Source: Piromyces finnis finn (lineage: Eukaryota; Fungi; Neocallimastigomycota). From it: a stretch of DNA of 64,000 nucleotides. The notes beneath the pieces were generated by a model, which saw only the letters and a list, made by a program, of their open reading frames with translations, made no database searches and was not told where the DNA came from. The DNA lies in the NCBI GenBank assembly GCA_002104945.1, contig MCFH01000016.1, positions 372,001 to 436,000 of the forward strand, read 5' to 3'. Of this stretch, positions 58,601 to 64,000 are shown piece by piece (position 1 is the stretch's first letter; each line of letters opens with the position of its first letter). A program made the position numbers and the translations under genes.

Positions 58601-61600
58601 TTTATATTAATTTTTCACTAACTATTACATAATTAGACTTTTTTGGAAATAAATATCTTATTTTTTATTGGATGAAAATAATGTAAATGGATACTATTGA
58701 AAAAAAACTTTAATATTTTAAAAATAATTGGTTCATTCAATTAACATTATTACATTTTTTTTACAGAAAAAAAATAAAACTCTGTAAACTTTTACTAAAA
58801 CACAATAATTATAAAGGATAAAAAGCAATAATTTAAAAATCCAATAATATTATTTTATAACAGTATATCATGTATTTTGTGTAATGATGAGAAATGTATT
58901 AAAAAGAAGGCTTCTATAAATGATAAATGTAATATATTAAAATAACGTAACGTTTTTAACTTTTAAAAAAAAGAAAAGTTTATATCAAAATTAAAAAAAA
59001 AAAAGTCTATAATTATTTTAATGATAATATCATGTTATAAAAAAAAAACATAAAAAAAAAAAACCTATAATATATTTTTTAATATTCGGTAAAGTAATTT
59101 TTTATTAATGGATAATTAAAATATTATTTAAAAAATAAAGTGGATTTTTCTAATTTCCCATAAATAGCATATTGCAACATAATTAATCAATAAAGATTAT
59201 TAAAAGAAGAAATAATTATACGGAATATTAGAAAATAAAATTAAAAAAAAAAAAAAAACATAATAAAGTTCCTAAGCTTATAAAATTGCATTGTAAAATG
59301 GGTTGGTTATAGCATTAAAACTGGCTAATTCTTTAATATTTTCATATTCTTTATTAAATGATTTTTTAAAAAAGTTTTTTTTTCTACATGTCTATATATG
59401 TCTATATACTTTAATTTGATTTTTTAAAAAAGACATATAGACCATTAAGCTTAATGAATTTAATAATTACAAATATAATCGTCATCATTATTTCACGAAT
59501 AAAAAAAAAATACCTTTATTATTTATTATTATTACATTCATAAATATAAAAAAAAAAAGACACTACATTTCATATATTATCAATATTATAATATCTATAA
59601 TTGTTCATTTCCTTTATTAAAAATAAGTTTTTTTTATAATATTTTCTATTATATTACACCATTACATTTTCACAAACTTATTAATTTAGAAGAAATACAT
59701 TTTCTCAAATTTATTGTATGTATTTTCATTATAAAGCTTTTATGTACAACAGTTTTAATTAAAAATATTTTGTAGATCCTAGTACAAAAAATAAACATTG
59801 AACGGAATAAATGGATTACATAATAAAACAATTATTTTATCCTCTATATGTATACAATTTCCTACAACTTATATACATTAATAAAATAAAAAAAGCCTAT
59901 CATTTAAAATAATAATTTTTATCAATTGTGTGGCAAACTTTTATCAAAAATGAATCACAGAAAATTTATATATGTAAATCTAATTAAATATTAATTTACA
60001 ACATATTAAAATATAACTATTATATATGGTATTATATATGGTATAGAATATTAAAGATTTTTAGTTCTTATCTATAAATTGTTATTTAATGCAGTCTAAT
60101 GTAAAATTATAAATACATATTTATACATATTTATGTATATATTTTGAGGATGTAATGTAATACTCTAAATAATAAAAATTCTAAAAGGTTAGTTATCTTA
60201 AAAGAATAATAATATTAAAGAGTGAGCAAGTTTTAAATAGCAACGTTTCTATATAAATAATAAACAACTTGCTTTGAAATGAAATAATATATTTGTTTAA
60301 ATCTATTTAATTATACTCTTTAAAATATTTTATTTTTTTATTCATCTCTTTACCTTATTTTTTTTTTTTTCTTCTTTTTTAATAATCTAAACTCTATTTT
60401 TCAAAGTATTATAAGTGATTTATACTTTTAATAATATACTTTTACTACAGTGAATGAATCTGTTAAATCTCATTTCAGATCTTTGATATAAATAAAGTTG
60501 GAAATTATAAAGTTAAAGTTGGAAATTAGGATATAAATGCTTTTAACTTTTTATCTAATTTTAATTTAATAATCAATAAAAAAAAGTAATATGATACACT
60601 TTATAATTCTCATTTGTTTTTTTTTTTAAAGTTTTTTTTTTTAATATAAAGCTTAAACATTTATATTTTTGTGTTTTTAAGGTATAGTTAAATTTCTATT
60701 TGTGTTTCTTTTTATAATTTTAACATATAAAGAAAAAGATATATTTATTAGTAAAAAAAAAAAAAAGGAATATTGCAATAACTATTTTGATATTTTGATA
60801 TACTTTTTGATCTATTCTATTAATAGTAATATAATAAAAGAATTATAAGATATTTTAAATTTTATATTTTTAATATATTATAATAATATTCAATATTCAT
60901 TTTACTTTTTATTTAAATATGGTTATTTAAATATTAAAAAATATTACTTTTCTTTGATAATCATAATATATGTTAAATCATTCAAATAATTCTTTCTTAT
61001 AATTTAAAAATCTAAAGAAATATAAAAAATAAAAGAGCAAATTAATTTTTATTTTATCATTCCCATCAAGAAAATAAAAAAGATCACAACATATTTGAAT
61101 TTAAAAAAAAATACCTTAATTATATATAGAATTAAACGCCAAAAGAAATGACCGTCAATAATTATAAATGTGAAAAGCATAATTATAATTGTAATATATC
61201 TTATAAAAACACATTTGAATTAATGAAAAAAGTTTAACAAAAAATGTTACTATTACCAGATTTTAAAATAAATTATAATTAAATAAAATTATTTATTAAG
61301 TATTCATTTGCTAAACTATATTTCTGATATTTTTTAGATATCTGCTATAATTCACCTTAAACATTTATCTTTTAGATTTTCATACTGATAGATTAGATTA
61401 TTTATTCAAAAAAAAAAAAAAAAATTACATGAAACTTAAAAAATATATAAATTTATAATAATAACTCAATAACTCTTATTGTTTTTTAAACTTTATGAGT
61501 TCCTAATATTTTAAAGTAAATAATAGTATATGTGAAGAAAAAAAATATATCATAAAAATAAATTTTCTATTTAAACCTTAAATACGTAATATCAATTTTA

Positions 61601-64000
61601 AATCATATATTTATATAAAATATTGTTAATAGAGCTGGAAATTATTAAATAGTATGATTAATTAATTAATATTTTTTAAAGATTTCTAATTCTAGTAATG
61701 AAAGTGGCCATACTCTGTATATTTAAAATGAATCATTTATAACGTTTTTTTTTCCTTAATATTAATGTTCAATTATAAAATAACGTATTTGTAACTGCAT
61801 TCCAATTCCAAAAATTGTGTCGATTAAATAAATGTATATTTTTTATAAAAAAAAAAAAGTTATAAAAAATTATTAAATTAAATTTAAAAAAAAATTAATT
61901 TAATTTTAAAAAAAGTCATACAAAGAGTGATACATAAAAAAACTTTATTTTTAATAATAATTAAATGAAAAAAAAAAAATTAATTTGATTTAAAATGGCA
62001 GTCATCATTTTAATTTTAATTTATTTTTTTTACTTTATTTTGGTTTGTTGTATTTTCAAGAAATTAATTAAAAACTAATAAATATTACTGAAAAAAAAAA
62101 AAAGGCCTAAATAATTATAGTACTTAATAAAAGATATATAATTATATACAATAGATATAACAATAATTCAAACAATGTTTTATTATTGTTGTTGTTATTA
62201 TAAGTATATTAATATATATATATAGTGTTTATTACCAAAAATTATTAAATTAAAAATGACTATTAAAATAAAAGAAATTAAACTTTTTTTCATTATTATT
62301 ATTAAATTTTAAAAACATAAAATAATAAATAGAAAATAAAAAATGTAATATTCAATACTTCTAATGTTTTAATTATATTTATAATAGTATTAATTATTAA
62401 TAACAAAAAATTGTAATCATCATTTGATATAGATTATTTCAGGGCTAATGAAATGGCTGACTTTCTTTCCAATTAATATTTCGATATTCATTTAATTTAA
62501 TTTGAGAAAATTTCTAATAAATTTCTACCTTTGTTTTCAGAGTTCATTATTTGGTTACTTAAATTAATAGTAAAATCCATATTGAAAACCTATCTTAGAA
62601 ACTATATTAAAATATCTATTCAATAAAATTTCAATAAATGAAAATATTCAACGATAATTGATGATATTTGTAGTTTTAATTTCAAATTCTAAGTTCACTT
62701 TATTAATATATTGGAATTATTATATATAAATATTTTTCTTACATATAACTTTCTTATCATATTATATAATGATATAGTAATCAAATATTTCTTTTTTTTT
62801 TTAATTTCGATATTTAAATAATTTTTATATGGAATTTTTAATTAAAAGATATACATAGGATACATTTATTCTTCTATTTTAAAATAAAAAAAAGTAAAAA
62901 GAATAGTATAATATTAATTCTTAAGATTAATATCTTATTAGTATTATTTTAAGTAATAGTATTAGTTAAAAAAGTAGTATCATCCCTATTTTATTAATTA
63001 ACAAAATGAATAATATTTAGTAAGCTCAAGGCAACAACAATCAAAATAATCAATACTAAAGAAATAGTATAACAGATTATATTGTTGATCATAATTTTAC
63101 TTCTTGGTAATTATGCTCTTGACTTTTAAACACATTAGAGGTTGATCATTTTATGTTCTATTTAATTTTTGTTTAATTTATAATATATAAAAATCATATT
63201 TATTAAAAATTACAATATTTCATTTTAATAAAAGATACTAAACATCCCTGCTAATATATTACTTATCTTATTTCTAATAATTTTTATACATTTTTATGTA
63301 TTTCCAAAGTTTCTTTTTATTAAATTAACATTATTATTCTTTAATATTTTGATTTTTACCTTTTAAATCCACATGAAAATCATCCATAAGCTTGCTTGAA
63401 TACTTTTTTACAATTTTATTAATTTTTAAATAATACTATTTTTTTACTATTTTTTTTTTGAACTAACCTTTGAGTTATATTTAAAATTTTAATATAAATT
63501 AAACTTAACCTTTAAATTAATCTCGAAAAAAATAAAAAATCTTAAAATTTATTTAAAGAATTATTTTATTATTGATAATACTAGTACTTTTATAACTTAT
63601 TAGATGTAAATATTTGATTAATTTATAAAAATAATTATAAATTATCATTTTTATCCATATTAATGTATATACCTATAATAGATATCAAAATATAATATTT
63701 ACAATATTTACACTATTTTAATTCATCAATATTATAATATTATATGTTACTAAATTAAGACACCTTGTTAGTCTTTTAATTTTGAAATATTTTCTTCATT
63801 TCGATAATTGTCTTGAATATAAATTCAATATTTAATTTATTATTAGTTTGAAAAATCTGTAAAAAAAAATTTTAATTAGTATATTAATATATTAATAATA
63901 ATATATTTTTCTTATATTTGAAAATCGAAAACCATATAAAGATTATTATTTATGTATTATTTTATCCTTTTCTAAAAATTTGCATAAAATATATTAATTA

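Overview
Very AT-rich, intron-rich eukaryotic genomic DNA. Base composition, short GT..AG introns and gene content fit an anaerobic gut fungus (Neocallimastigomycota); this is an inference. Host genes in order: the 3' part of a RalGAP-like Rap-GAP gene, a TmcB/TmcC-like multipass membrane protein, a glycogenin with a very long repetitive C-terminal extension (about 1387 aa, one intron), an F-box/Cys-rich protein, a PA-TM-RING-H2 E3 ligase, an LSH/HELLS-type SNF2 ATPase, an AT-hook plus PWWP/MUM1-like chromatin protein, and a membrane-anchored expansin-like (DPBB) protein. Positions 40054-52998 hold a nest of degenerate minus-strand non-LTR retrotransposons. Element B (41877-47747) sits inside element C, flanked by an 11-bp target-site duplication, and C adjoins an older C-family copy (A1). 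The main unexplained signal is a ~173-nt multi-hairpin leader that is nearly identical at the exact 5' ends of B and C, although their proteins and the rest of their UTRs are clearly divergent. Both appear to be single-ORF elements with an RRM-like domain fused ahead of the APE endonuclease. No tRNA, rRNA or CRISPR array was seen. 55643-64000 has no gene I can support. Exon boundaries and identities were read by eye and are approximate.
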